From Octopus bimaculoides (lineage: Eukaryota), in NCBI RefSeq assembly GCF_001194135.2, contig NC_068991.1:23054184-23118183 (forward strand): a stretch of DNA of 64,000 bases, in the 5' to 3' direction. The translations under genes were made by a program, and so were the position numbers. A model generated the notes under the pieces. It was not told where the DNA came from, searched no databases, and was given only the letters and a program-made list of their open reading frames with translations. Positions 25,701 to 39,203 of this stretch are shown here, piece by piece; within the stretch, counting starts at the first letter, position 1; every line of letters begins with the position of its first letter.

Positions 25701-28700
25701 GTTTTCTTCTCTTTACACTGGCACCAAAGCACACCTTTTAGGGGAGGAGCATAGTTGATTACTCAATTCCTGTTAGATATTTTATTAACCCTGTGCAAAT
25801 TGCATGTGTGTGTGTGTGTACACACACATATGGCATAGGCATAGCTGTGAGGTTAACAAGTTCACTTGCCAGCCACATGGATCTGAGTCAGTCCTACTAT
25901 GAGTTATCTGAAGCGAGTCTTCCACTATAACCCCAGGTCAAACAGAGGTTTGTGAATGAATTTGGTGGACAGAAACTGAAAGAGGCTTTGTGCATATGTG
26001 AACGACTGCACACGCATGTATCTTTCTCTCTCTCTCTTTGAATTATGACATCGCATAATAGTTGTAAATGAGTTTTTCCATCGTTTGAAGCCAATTTTCT
26101 ATAAGACATGTCCAGCTCTGGGTAAATATTAACTTGCTTGAAAATAAGTGAGTGTCGGTGATAAGAAAGACATCTAGCCATCTGCTTCAATGAATTCTGT
26201 TTGACCCTTTCAAGCATGGAAAATTTGGCATTAAAACAGTGATGATGATATACATATCTATATGTGTGTGAATGTATGTATGTATACATGTATACACACA
26301 CATAGATACATAGATGTTCACAATTAGAGGCTTTAAAATTGAATGATATATACTAATAAGCGAATGCTGAAGAAATAATGTGTGAAACAAGGGAACTTTA
26401 TAATATAATATTTACATAAGTCATTGACAAAGTATGATCAATAAAACAGAATCGTATAAGTTACCTGTTTCTTCTTTATCTTTGAATTCCCACCAATATC
26501 CTTTTGATGGATGGTACCGAGCATAACTGAGCGCTGCAAAACGTTTGGAAATTAAACAGTTAAAGGATATTAACATTAGTCCAACAATATAAATATGTAT
26601 ATATAGAGAGAGAATAAAGAAGCCTGACCTTTGGTCTGAATACTTGCAGACAAATGATTGAATGGGAAACCATGAACAAATAATTACAGTGGAATATATT
26701 ACTAGAGAGGAAAAATTTCACAAGGTGCTTAATAGTGGAGTTGAGGTGGTGGTAGGTGTTATTGAAAAGAGTAGTAAACACATCAAGCAGGTTTTAATTT
26801 AGATATCTTATTCTATAAATAAACAAATATTCAATAGATATATTATTCTTTAGCCAACAAGATATTTAAGAGGTTGCTAGTCAATGTTTGAAGAACTAAT
26901 GAGTCAAGTAGAAAGGTATCAACTGAGCTCTGAAGAGTCTCTAAGAGACAGTATTTAACTCTAGTTTTATTGCAGGATGAACCTAGGATACATTTTCCTC
27001 AGATAAGTCACTACTCTAATGCAGATAACATTACAAGATGAACTGGCACATATATCTGACAAACAAAATAAAGTGTACCACGTAAAACAAAATAAAAATT
27101 GATTTCATATGAGGAGTAGATAGTTCAATACCTTATCCACTCAACCGTTTCACCTCTACAAATTAACAATAACTTTACTGCAATTCACATATCTTGGAAT
27201 GAAATCATTACCATCAATGTTCCAATCTTTACCTGTTTTTGAATGACTACTGTATTCCATGTCTCCACCACTGAACTTTTGTGGAGGACATGAACAATGT
27301 CAACACCAGCCAAGCAATATCAATGAGAGGACACATGAAGACTAGCATATATTCACCCACCACAGGTATATGCATATACTGCAAGAGAAGGCATTACTGT
27401 GTTGTTAAAAGTTTGCTTGCTTTCAACCATAATTGCACAACACCTTGTGCGTCTTGTTTTATAGCCTTGGGCTCAACAATGCATTGTGAGGGAATTTAGT
27501 ACACAGAAAAGCAACAAGTTAGTCACACACACACATTTGACATTTACTGTTGATAGTCCTCTAACTCTGTGCTTTCAAATTCCTTGGAAAAAAAGGTAAA
27601 GGTTGGTGACAGGAAAAGTATGTAGCTATAAAAATCCTGCCTCAAGTACTTCCTCGCATAAAAACAAAACAATATGATGAGCTTCCATAGTTTCTGTCAA
27701 GCACAATGCACTCCCAAAATGTCTACTATAGCCTCAACCCAAGGCTATAGTAGAAGTCACTTGCCCAAAATGCTACTCAGTGGAACCAAACCTGAAATTG
27801 TGTGATTGTGAAGTGAACATCTTCACAATGTAGGTATGTCTGTGCCTTAGGCTAAAAAATTCATATAACTGCCAAGTATCATATTGATGAAAAGTACTAT
27901 TTATTAATGAACTCCAAAAGTCAACAGCTAATTTGACTCAGATTTTCACATAGGGGATAATAAATCTTATAACTCAATGGAGTGGAGTTTTCTGTGTAAT
28001 ACCACCAAATACTACATCTTTCTGAAATTTATTGCAAGCAGCCCAACCCAGCAGAACCCATCTGTATCTCCAAAACAGGAGTTAAATTCAGCACTACAAG
28101 CTAAAGAGATACTCATACATTATACAATATTATATTTATGTGGGAGATAACATTCTTAATGTAGAAGCCTCAATCCTAATTATTTTAAGCAGATAAAATT
28201 ACACTCAATGAAAGGAAGTATCATTAATCATCATCATCATCATTTAACGTCCATCTTCCATGCTGGCATGGGTTGGACAGTTTGACAGGAGTTGCCCAGG
28301 CAAGAGCCTGCACTAGACTTTTGTGTCTGCTTTGGCAGGGATTTTATGGCTGGATGCCCTTCCTAGCAGAATGGACCTAGTGCTTTTTACGTGGCACAAG
28401 CACAGGTGAGATCAGTTTTGGAAAGGTTTTTATAGCTAGGTGCCCTTCCAAATGCCAATCACTTTACAGTGTAGACTGGATGCTTTTTACGTGGCATCAG
28501 AACTCTTAGTAATATTAATAGAACATATCTTTCCCAACTTAGACAATGAGATGTGTGTTCTATTAATATTAATGGTAATTTTTGTCAACATAGGTAAGGA
28601 AGACAACACTGAAATCCAAATTGATTAAAAATTTTTGTATAGTTTAGAACAGGAAAAGGTAGCTATCCCTGGTACAAAATGCTTTCAATGAGAGGTTAGT

Positions 28701-31700
28701 TTTGGATTAATCATAAAGCCTTACCTTCTGTAAATGCTGACTGCAAACTGTGAACAGTGTTTAACTGAAAAAGAAACACAGTCACTGGAGCAAAGTAAAC
28801 TTGAAATGCTTGATAGAGGGAAAGAGAGAAGGGACAAAAGGACAATAAAAACAGAAGACACATAATAAGCATGATATTAAAGTAGGCAAGAAAATAAAAT
28901 GCTCTGTAACAACTGAGAGTAATGGTTGTATTGGTAGCATGTAATAGTAGTATTAGTAACAAGAGCACTAAAAAGACAAATAAAGGTTTCTTTTTTCTGT
29001 AGACTAGTGAGCAAGAATGAAAGTTTCCTAACTTGTCTTACAAACTCTTGATACATAAATTTAACCAATGAAAACTCAGTTTATTATTTGTGCCCGTGGT
29101 TAGAGAGTGGAAATGGACTAGTACCTACAGACGTTTTTTTACCCCCCCCCACTCTTAGGGTGGGGGATGAATATAACTAGAAGAAATTAATATAATTAAC
29201 TTTCTGTTTCAATTATTAAAGGTTCTTTTTGGTGGTAAACATGGTTAAGGAGGAAACATTGGTTTAACTCTTTAGCATTCAGATTACTCACTCAAATGCA
29301 ATGCTTATTTATTCACATTGTTTTGAATTCATCATGCATTATCTCATACCCTTGAAATTTCAATGATGTGATTGATTGTTTTTAAAACGACATTGTAGAT
29401 AGGTGTGAGAAGTCATATCTGGCCAGTTTAAATACAAAATGATTAAAATTCTTTGTATGGCACAAGGAAGATGAGAAACAATAAATAAGACAAGAAGTGA
29501 TAAGGGTACATTGAGAGAACTTAAGTGATGATGGTATATATTCAGTTCTAAAAAAGAAAGCCTAAATTGTATAATTAAATAATAATTACCATTCTGGAGT
29601 TGACTACTGAACCTAAATCTGGTGCCTGGTAGACAATACCGGCACTGATGTAATAGTCAGCAAGAGGTGTAACTGGAAAAGAAAACAAAAGGAGTCAATA
29701 ATTTTGGACAAAAAGGGGAACAAAACAAAATTGCAACATAATTTTGGTGCTTAGGAATGTGGATCCTTTGCAAACACAGATCTAGCAGTAAATGTAATGT
29801 GTAAAATCCTTCTCCTAAGAGAGGAGAGATTCTTAGAATCCAGAGCTTAATTCCCATTTAATCATGTGAAACAATGAAATATAAGTCTACCCTTAGATAT
29901 GATGCTTGTCAATATTATACCTGTCAAAAAGACTGAACTGGCAGAATGCTTAACAGTATTTCGTTTGTTGTTACATTCTGAGTTCAAATTCTGCCAAGGT
30001 CAACTTTGCCTTTCATCCTTTTGGGGTTGATAAAATAAGTACCAGTTGAATGCTGGAGTCAATGTAATCGACTTACTCCTCCCTCAAAATTGCTGGCCTT
30101 GTGCCAAAATTTGAAATCAATATGATACCTGTCAAAGATAACACTCCCAAATGTCCTGATATCTGTTCTCAACAGTTAGGTAAACTAAGTGATGTAGACA
30201 AATGTGACTTGTTCAGAAGCAGGTAAGAACACCAGTAGAAGATTTGAACTCCCTCTGTGCAGGTATCCAATACAACATCTCCACAGTCAACTCATCACCA
30301 CTAGATTTAGCAGTGAACTGATATGCTGATAATGAATAATGGCATAGACACAACCGACACTGACTCACTTGAAACAGCTGATGCCAATGCAGTAGGTTGT
30401 TTGTTTGTATGCATAAATGCAGGTAAATACACACTCACATATGCATGGAAGAGAGGAGGGAGGAAGGTAGCTGGAAGGGAGGGGATGTAATATTTGCTAA
30501 TTCTGCTCTCAGCAGCCAAGATAGGGAACAGGGGCAAGGCCCTGCATGTACGAGCATAACTAAGTCGTTTTAGGATATCATTTTTGTTGTAATGGACAAG
30601 TCTTCTCACACACAGCAAAAGCGCACAGCGAAACACCAATCATCTTGGTCCTTTGTCATCTCCTCTGTAAAGCTCAGTATCTTGAAATCAGCCTGTAATT
30701 CTCTGTCTTATGTCTTCCTGGGTCACCACAAGTTTCATCACCTTTAAGTGACTGGCACTTTATGGAACTGTCCTCATCCATACACATTATGTGATTAAGC
30801 CAATGCAGTTGTTTCTCATGCACACTACATCTGATTCCTCTATGCCTAACTTTTCTCTCAGTATATTAGCACTTTATTGTACATGCACAATGACACTGCA
30901 CATCCAGCAGTGCATACTAGCTTCATTCCTATCTTTTCTTTGCATCTCACTACCATGTAGCATTGCTGTACATACACAAGCATGATACAATCTACCTTTC
31001 ACTCAGATAGACCTTTTGCTGCAAACAGAGGTAAAAGCCCTCTGAAGTTAATCCATTCCATACTTATTCAAGCAACTATACTTTCAGAATATCCTCCTCC
31101 ACTACAAATTAGGTCATCTAGGTAACAGAAACTATCTACATTCATAATCGCTGACATGGCTGATGACAGTACCGCCTGATTGGCACTCGTGTCAGTGGAA
31201 TGTTAAAAGCACATCTGAACGTGATCGTTGCCAGGGCCACGGATTGGCTCCCGTGCCAGTGGCACGTGAAAAGCACCATTCGAGGGTGATCATTGCTTGC
31301 ATTGCCTTACTGGTACATGTGCCAGTGGCATGTGAAAAACAACATTTGAGCGTGGTTGTTGCCAGTGCTGCCAGACTAGCTCCTGTGCAGGTAGCACATA
31401 AAAAACACCTTTTGAGCGTAGTCGTTGCCAGAACTGCCTGACTGGCCCTCATGATGGCGGTACGTAAAAGCACCCACTACACTCTCAGAATGGTTGGTAT
31501 TAGGAAGGATATCCAACTGTAGAAACTTTGCCAGATCAGATTGAACCTGATGCAGCCTCCGGCTCACCAGTCCTCAGTCAAACCGTCCAACCCATGCCAG
31601 CATGGAAAGCGGATGTTAAACGGTGATGATGATATATATATATATATATATCATCATCACTCATCATCATTTAACGTCCGCTTTCCATGCTAGTATAGGT

Positions 31701-34700
31701 TGGACGATTTGACTGGGGACTGGTGAACCAGATGGCTGCACCAGACTCCAATCTGATCTGGCAGAGTTTCTACAGTTGAATGCCCTTCCTAACGCCAACT
31801 ACTCTGAGAGTGTAGTGGGTGCTTTTTACGTGCCACCAGCACGAGGGCCAGTCCAGCAGTACTGGCAACGGTGATGCTCAAATGGTGTTTTTTACGTGCC
31901 ACCTGCACAGGAGTCAGTCCAATGTTTTGTTCACATGCCACCAGCACAAGTGCCAGTAAGGCAAAGCTGGAAATGATCGCGCTCAATGGTGCTTTTTACG
32001 TGCCACCGGCACGAAAGCGAGACTATTGCTCTGGCAGTGATGCCGCTCAGATGGTGCTGTTATTGCTCCACTGGCACGGGTGCCAGTCATTGAATTCGAA
32101 TTTTATATATATATGAAATTGAGTGATAAACAGTACAAATATGTTCACATCATTGGATCGTACAGAACAGGTGTTAGTTGTGCTGTGACAGAAATGCAAA
32201 TGAAACCATTTTATTTTATAGAAAATGTTTCCAATTTCTACTGTGATTTGAACCATAAGTCTCCAACATTATGTTAACATCAGGAAGGCGGCAAGATGGC
32301 AGAAACGTAAGCACACCAGACAAAATGCTTAGTGGTATTTCGTCCATCATTGCGTTCTGAGTTCAAATTCTGCTGAGGTTGACTTTGCCTTTCATCCTTT
32401 AGGGGTTGATAAACTAAGTACCAGTTGCGTACTGGAGTCGATCTAATTGACTGGCCCCCTCCCCAGAAATTTTGGGCCTTGTGCCTAGAGTAGAAAAGAA
32501 CATCAGCTATGGGTTCCTATGAGAAGTTTTGGTTAGCATTATTCATGGAATTCCTTAAAACAACCTTCTAATTCACTTCCAACTTCTGCAACCTTTAAGA
32601 TACAATTTATAAAATAGTCTGCTTTGAAAAACTTTTAAGCTTTCAATCACATACTCGAAACACTTTTTACCCACTACAAGGCCTCTAAATTAGTACACAA
32701 AGTACCCTTCTTTGACAATTCACAAAAACAATGAAATAGCGACAGAATATGAAAGAGGAATTTACCTTGGGTTGGTGAATGCCGGTGTTGTTTCCGTATG
32801 ACATAGAGAATAGGTTCTTGGACATGGAGCAACTCATATTCCAACCCAGTCATTGAGCTGCAATGGAAAAAAATTACAGAAATTGGTGGGTAAAGAGGGT
32901 AAAATTATTACAAAATAAAAAAAAAAAAATTTGAAGGGGAACTAATATCCCAGATTTAACAATTTAAATTATAAATTGACACGAAATGCAATTGGTGGTG
33001 AGCCCCATCATCCATCAGATTATAAGATCCTTTTTAGTATTTCTTTAGGATCAGAAAATATCTTAACCCACCTCAGTTGTTGAAACCCTAACATCTTCTA
33101 AGATTTGAAGTGATCAAGTGATTTGTAGATAGGAGAAACAACAATATCACTCACCACACTTTCATACAAACAACTACAGATGTAGACAAATATATAGACA
33201 TGCGCGTGCACATACACAAAAACTTAAAATGAGTCTTCTCTCAGTTTTTGTCCAACAAATCCACTCATCAGGCTTTGGCTAGTCTGTGACTATAGAAGAT
33301 ACTTGCCTAAGGTGCAAACTTCTCAATCATACTACCATTATGCTTTCTTATTATTCACTTCTATGGCAAGGCAAACTGGACAAATGCTAGGAACAGTGTG
33401 ATATGAACTTTGGCAAAAAGTCTAATACTTACCAATGTAGTCAGTTGAGTGTTTAAAAAGGTTATGCCTTTGAAAAATACAGGCTAGTTATAGGGACAGC
33501 TAGAGAAGGGGATGTTCTCTCTCTCTCTCACAAACACACACAGATAAAGTATAAAATCCATCTATAATGATAATTTAGGTTACAACTCACCTCAATTGCT
33601 CTGGGTTTAGGTGCTGCATTTTTACATTCTCATTGTTGCATGTTCGATCATAGAATGGATTAGTTCGTTCAGAAAAATAATCCAATACATTGGAGGAGTT
33701 TAACATGGGTATCCATGCACTGTTTTGCCAGGAGATTCCAAGAGATTCTGAGGAAATTGAAAAAGTAAAGTTCTAATAAGTTTAAGAGAGTGAAATTTAT
33801 AACATGTCTTTGTATGTGTGTGTGTATGTGTATTAGTTTGGTTGCTATTAAAGCTAGAGAAGTTTGAGGTTTTTCCTCCTTTCTCATGATATGTTTATTC
33901 TATAATGCTTTCAACATCAATTTAAAACAGACTATTCTATACATATACTTCATTTGATTAGATTTGAATTAAGAACCATTATTCATAAGGATTCAGTACT
34001 ATTTATCCACTATGGTACAGCTGATAAGGAATAAGAAGAGAGTCAATAAGTCAATACAGTACTAGACAACCAGCCTGAGGTCATTAGTACTGCATTGTCT
34101 ATTGTAACAATACTTAATCTCAAATGGCTAGCTATAAATAAATACTTCAGCATACAGACAAGTATTTTGTTAACACTAAAATTAAGGCATCTATATCAAA
34201 CTGGTGAGCAAGGGTTTCATAACACATCAGCTCACCATTCACATATAATAGCAAACTGAATCCCTGAATCAGTTTCTTTAAGCTTTGAAACTACTGGCTA
34301 AAGAATGTAACTTTAAAGTAGTGTCAATAATAGGTGTTTTTATTTCTGGAATAATGAAAGACTCCGACTACTCTAGAATAAAATGCTAGATTTGGAAACA
34401 GCGGTTCCGCAAGACAGTGCCTTGGATTACAGATAAACAAAGCCAGTATTTACAATCTAAATGCTACAGGAAGACACTGAACTGGAACTTATTTCCCATT
34501 CTCAGTATCATCTCTTACCAATTTATTTTCTATTGAGCACCCCTTTCTCCTAAACACCTTCGCATATCTGCCTTCAAAGTCTCCTCCATCTTCATTCATC
34601 ACATTTTCCACCTCTAGATTCCTCTGATCAGTGACCTCCATCTCTGTCACTGTGCAGCCCTCTCTCACCTATTGCCCCACACTTCACAGCATCTCCTTAT

Positions 34701-36880
34701 TTCTGATGTTACTCCACTTCCTACCTTTCTTTAGTAGTGTTACTCATCTCCTCTTCCCCCTCCTTGACCCAGTCCTATTTCTTTCACCTTAACAGCATAG
34801 TCATCATTGACTGCATTCACCTGTATCTCCATCTCTAACTATTTATTATTCTCCTATCCACCTAACCATTCAGAGCCTCTGTCTATATTCTTTCTTATAT
34901 TCACCTTGTACATTAAGGGTGTGCCCTAATATATCATCACCATCATCTCGTTTCTCTCTCTTCAGCTGGGATAGCCATGTACCTCCTCTACAGCAAGACA
35001 CTTGTTTCTGTCCGTCTATCATACTTCACAAGACTTCTCAAGGTAACCTCACCAGTGCCAGTCTTGCTTGGATAAAGTAAGACCCTTAATGAAATATATT
35101 ACTTTTCCAATATTTCAAGAAATTGTTACTGCCTTCAAAAGTATTAAAGTCAACATAGAAAATACTTACCCCCATGCTCTTGACAACTCTATCCCATTTA
35201 CAGTTGAAACCAATACATCAGACACTGCTCTAGCTGCAACATTAACACTGAGAGGTCACCTTTTTCTCACACTCTAAAACTGAATTGTTGTATCCTTCTA
35301 TTGAGAAGGAATCTGTCACAATTGTCAAGAAAATTAAGTATGGTAACACTACCTCCTGAGATCTCACTCTCATTAACAAAACATTCAATTTATGTTTGAT
35401 AAATTCTATAAATCCACAAATTAATGTGCTGGACTACTGAACTTTCTCTGGACATTCTTTTTTATTAATGAGGAAAATAGAATGTATTCTTGCTTTTGTT
35501 GACGTGGTCGTGCAACATGCTACAAATAGTTACCAAATCTCCCTTGAATAACACCTTATCTTAAAGGGCGGATACAAATACAAAATGGTCAAGGCTGCAA
35601 TGCCTCTAATCACCAGTTTTATTCACTATATATATATTTAAGCTTGGTTAAGTTCACAATCACATAATCGCATACATCATACCACATTGGACTAATGTCC
35701 TGTTTTTTTTAGTGAATTCGGTAGACGGAAACTGCGTGGATCCCAACCGTGCGTGAGTTTGTTTTTCACCACTTTCTCACGGCTTTACAAACGGGTCTCG
35801 GTCTGTGTGCCCGTAACTTAGCAGTTCGGCAAAAAGGCCAATAAAATAAGTATTGAGGCCCATTTGATCAACTAAAACATTCCAAGTAGTGCCCCAGCAT
35901 AGCAGCAGTCAAAAGACTGTGATAATATATATATATATATACTCTTTACTCTTTTACTTGTTTCAGTCATTTGACTGCGGCCATGCTGGAGCACCGCCTT
36001 TAGTCGAGATAATCGGCCCCAGGACTTATTCTTTGTAAGCCTAGTACTTATTCTATCGGTCTCTTTTTGCCGAACCGCTAAGTTACGGGGACGTAAACAC
36101 ACCAGCATCAGTTGTCAAGCGATGGTGGGGGGACAAACACACATACATATATATATATACGACGGGCTTCTTTCAGTTTCCGTCTACCAAATCCACTCAC
36201 AAGGCTTTGGTCGGCCCGAGGCTATAGTAGAAGACACTTGCCCAAGGTGCCACGCAGTGGGACTGAACCCGGAACCATGTGGTTGGTAAGCGAGCTACTA
36301 ACCACACAATTTGCTTCAATTTTTTCATAGCAGTTTATTAATACCATGTCGAGCACTAATGTCACATTGTGACATAAAAACATTAAATGCGATATTCTGG
36401 AGAAGTCGACCAAATATGACTCACTGTGGCACAAGATCGTCAGGTTTGAAACTGTCAGACAAGAATGTAAATAACGATAAATTGAGACATTGGAAGAGAT
36501 AATTCGATGTTTCCAACTGAATGGTTTGAAACCGGATTGCAAAATCAGTTTTTTTAATTCCCTTTGTAAGAGAAGGATATGATGTGCTGATATTTATGCT
36601 TTTGGTAAAGAATTTTCTTTCTTTCTTTTTTAGGACTTAGGTGAAACAATTCCAACAAACGACCGAAACAGTCAGACTCCGTGACAGTAAATATTTCCGG
36701 TATGTTTACATCTCTTTTTCATATATATCAATTCACAAATTAGAATTAATTAAACGTACGATATTAAAAGCACAATATCGTAGATACACTGAAAAACAAA
36801 TGGAGGCTAAATTAAAGCAACTAACACAGATTTTGTAAAAAAAATAGAGTTAAACAAGATAACTAACCTTTCTCAGCCAT
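22745..36880 (-). CDS. MED6: Mediator of RNA polymerase II transcription subunit 6, 8 coding exons, 234 aa
   Basis: Minus-strand exons 36880-36868 (MAEK), 33747-33591, 32857-32766, 29672-29590, 28764-28725, 26533-26465, 25408-25268, 22854-22745. All are GT-AG, total 705 nt. The translation contains [64 protein letters not shown] and [13 protein letters not shown], all typical of MED6. Minus-strand AATAAA at 22665-22670. Confidence 0.96.
23956..25002 (-). mobile_element. Mariner (DD34D-type) transposon, internally deleted and frameshifted, in MED6 intron 7
   Basis: About 37-bp TIRs (CGAGGGGTGTTCATTAAAGATTTTTCCTGACCCACTT and its near reverse complement), TA on both sides. ORF pieces contain [24 protein letters not shown] and YSPDLAP. 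Confidence 0.92.
30640..31140 (-). mobile_element. RTE LINE 3' fragment
   Basis: Similar to the 250-2080 pieces (tgatacaatctacctttcact..., cacatgcagcag...ctagcttcattcct). Confidence 0.7.
31170..32090. mobile_element. Two SINEs of one family tail-to-tail, each with internal ~60-bp subrepeats
   Basis: A + copy ends in (GAT)n at about 31632 and a - copy begins with (CAT)n at about 31651. They are separated by (TA)n. Confidence 0.85.
32285..32499 (+). mobile_element. Short SINE family (GGCAGAA...TCTGAGTTCAAATTC...GACTTTGCCTTTCATCCTTT)
   Basis: Many copies: about 3080-3320 (-), 15560-15780, 29930-30120, 63093-63319 (-). Confidence 0.8.
34030..35370 (+). mobile_element. Ty3/Gypsy LTR-retrotransposon remnants (gag-like and RNase H) in MED6 intron 1
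   Basis: ORF 35068: [21 protein letters not shown], followed by a YPSIEKES-like motif (Gypsy RNase H). About 34250-34400: [12 protein letters not shown] (gag-like). Confidence 0.6.
35941..36310 (-). mobile_element. tRNA/CORE-type SINE
   Basis: The minus strand has a tRNA-like head plus ACCTTGGGCAAGT (CORE-like). Near-identical copies at 38830-39203 and 41821-42258, degenerate ones at about 25840, 27700, 53530 and 60690. Confidence 0.85.
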
Positions 36881-37344
36881 TCTTCTCTTCGTTCGGGACA
36901 CACTGTCGAAGTAGTCGGCACTAAATGCAGTTGTTTGTTATTTTCTCATATTATTACTTTTTATTCAATATTTCCAGTTTTTACAATTTAAAAAAACACT
37001 ATTCAAATTATTAATATAGTTTCATATTCTTATTCACATTTTAATATTTTGTATTGGGAACATAGTTATTGTACTAATTTGTATATATTACTCGTTTTAT
37101 TGCATCTAATTGGACATGTACGGTGACAATTTACTTTCAAAATTGAACAAAAAAATTTAAGTCTCTGAAATGTAAAAGAATATGGCAATTTATAATTTTT
37201 TTATTTCATTCTTTTCCTGTCTATAAGGTTACCGTGTGAAAAATATTAACTGCAGAACTAGTCTCTTGTCTCAACTTCCGGCTTCAATTTTATTTCTAGG
37301 AATTTTTGTTTTGCTCTGAAATTGGATTACAAGACAATTTTAAG
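36881..37344. promoter_or_regulatory. Putative bidirectional promoter MED6/ERH with an ETS-type motif
   Basis: The MED6 ATG (-) is at 36880 and the candidate ERH ATG (+) at 37345. ACTTCCGG at 37274-37281. CpGs are retained in both first introns. Confidence 0.5.
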
Positions 37345-37347
37345 ATG
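37345..37347 (+). CDS. ERH: Tentative ATG-only first coding exon of ERH
   Basis: ERH exon 2 starts in phase 0 with Ser2, so an upstream ATG|GT is required. taagATG|gtttgt lies about 70 nt after an ACTTCCGG motif, in CpG-retaining DNA next to the MED6 start. Other ATG|GT sites exist (e.g. 37424), so the placement is inferred. Confidence 0.5.
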
Positions 37348-37661
37348 GTTTGTTCATTTCCGTCATTACATAGTTTCATAGCTATTTGTTTTATTGCATT
37401 ATCCTTCAAAATTTATGAACTAAATGGTTGTTTATCCTTATAGTCCTTTGTAGTTTTTAGCATTATACTTACAAGGTATATACTAGTCTGAGGAAGAGAA
37501 GGTTTTTTTTTTCAGTATATTTTACAATTTAATTTTAAAGGATGATTATTCTTGTTTTAGCTATTGTTCGGAGGTCTAAAATTATATACGAAGCCAAGGA
37601 ATGAAAAAGTACAAAGAAGCAATAACTTTTTCTGCATTCTCTAATTAATGATTAACGCCAG

Positions 37662-37718
<57 letters not shown>

Positions 37719-38199
37719 TGGAGGGCTTTTCTTCTCTCTTAGAAACCACACTAGAAATTGAATTGGATTGCAGCCTAGGGAGTTAAGCATCTAAATCGAC
37801 TTCGACTTTCTCAATTATATATTAAACAATTACTACCCACATTTTGTTGCTAGTAACTAAATGAAGTATTTAAAATATATTTCGGCCTTATTTGAAAGTG
37901 CTTGTGTCATGGGGAAATTATGTAAGAATTCGTTCGTTTTGCCACTGAGGGTAAAGGGGTGTTTGTGAGCTAAAAAGGAGCTTCTGTGCGATTGTTTCAC
38001 CTATTAAAAATATCAACTAAATCATAACCTACTTACATTGGATGATGTGGCCTTAGGTACATTACTGTGAAAGAAAAGACAATACCTTCTTAACCAGGGC
38101 TGCCCTGGACTTACCGACGACAGTGAGGTTTGTGCTCGAGCGACTTGTCGATCATATCTAACCAAACTCTTTACTGCCCTTCTGCTTTTGTTTACTTTT

Positions 38200-38516
38200 G
38201 GTTCTCAACCTGGGTTCATATGACCCTTGGGGGTCCACGCAAGCAAAATAGTAAATTGGGGATCCATAGTAATATTTTATGGGTTCATGAAAACGTTTTG
38301 CTTTGCATGTATTTATTGGAAGAAACAGCTAGATTTCTTTCTCTAACATTTTACATAGTTCAGCCTACACAAGTTAGTGTGTAAAAAACAAAATAGAAAT
38401 TTTGAAAGATGTATTTATAAAGTTAGTTTTTAAACAACGAATGGCTTTGAGGATCCACCAGAATAAAATAGTAATAGAAGGGGGGATGGGCATAGATAAA
38501 AAAAAAATAGAACCAT
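38200..38516. mobile_element. hAT-like MITE remnant
   Basis: Ends resemble the GGTTCTCAACC...AGAACCA termini typical of hAT/Charlie MITEs. Confidence 0.4.
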
Positions 38517-38829
38517 CGTCCTAGACTTCATCAGGACATTAAGCTTCCAGTTACAGAAGCTACATTGCAAACTGATCTAGTTTTTTTTTTATGCTCCATG
38601 TATTAAAAGTTAGCATTCACTGTTAACTGTGTTACTTCGAGCCAGACCTGCTAGAAATTGCAACGAAATATTCGTAATACACTCTACAGTTGTAAACAGA
38701 TTCAGTGTCCAATAAAAAAAGATGGGATGGACATGGCTGGCTCAGTAAATTCTGATCTGGGGCTAAACTTCGATATTTCATTATAACCCTCACCGTTACC
38801 GCTTCAGTTTCTCAATCAAATTGAACTTT

Positions 38830-39027
38830 TGTTCTTTTACTTGTTTCAGTCATTTGATTGCAGTCATGCTGGAGCACCGCCTTTAATCGAACAAATCGTC
38901 CCCAGGATTTATTTTTTGTAAGCCTAGTACTTATTCTATCGGTCTCTTTTGTCGAACCGCTAGCTTACAGGGACGTAAACACGCCAACATCGGTGTCAAG
39001 CGATGGTAGGGTAACAAACACAGACAC

Positions 39028-39063
<36 letters not shown>

Positions 39064-39203
39064 GACGGGCTTCTTTCAGTTTCCGTCTACCAAATCCACT
39101 CAAGATTTTTATCGGCCCGACATTTGCCCATGGTGCCACGCAGTGGGACTGNNNNNNNNNNGTTGGGAAGCAAGCTTCTTACCACACAGCCACTCCTGCG
39201 CTA
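38830..39203 (-). mobile_element. tRNA/CORE-type SINE
   Basis: Colinear with 35941-36310. Contains a 10-N gap. Confidence 0.85.

Noticed and set aside
31163-32116. Repetitive ORFs (LVPVARKKH-type peptides)
   Set aside because: Translations of SINE internal subrepeats, not genes.
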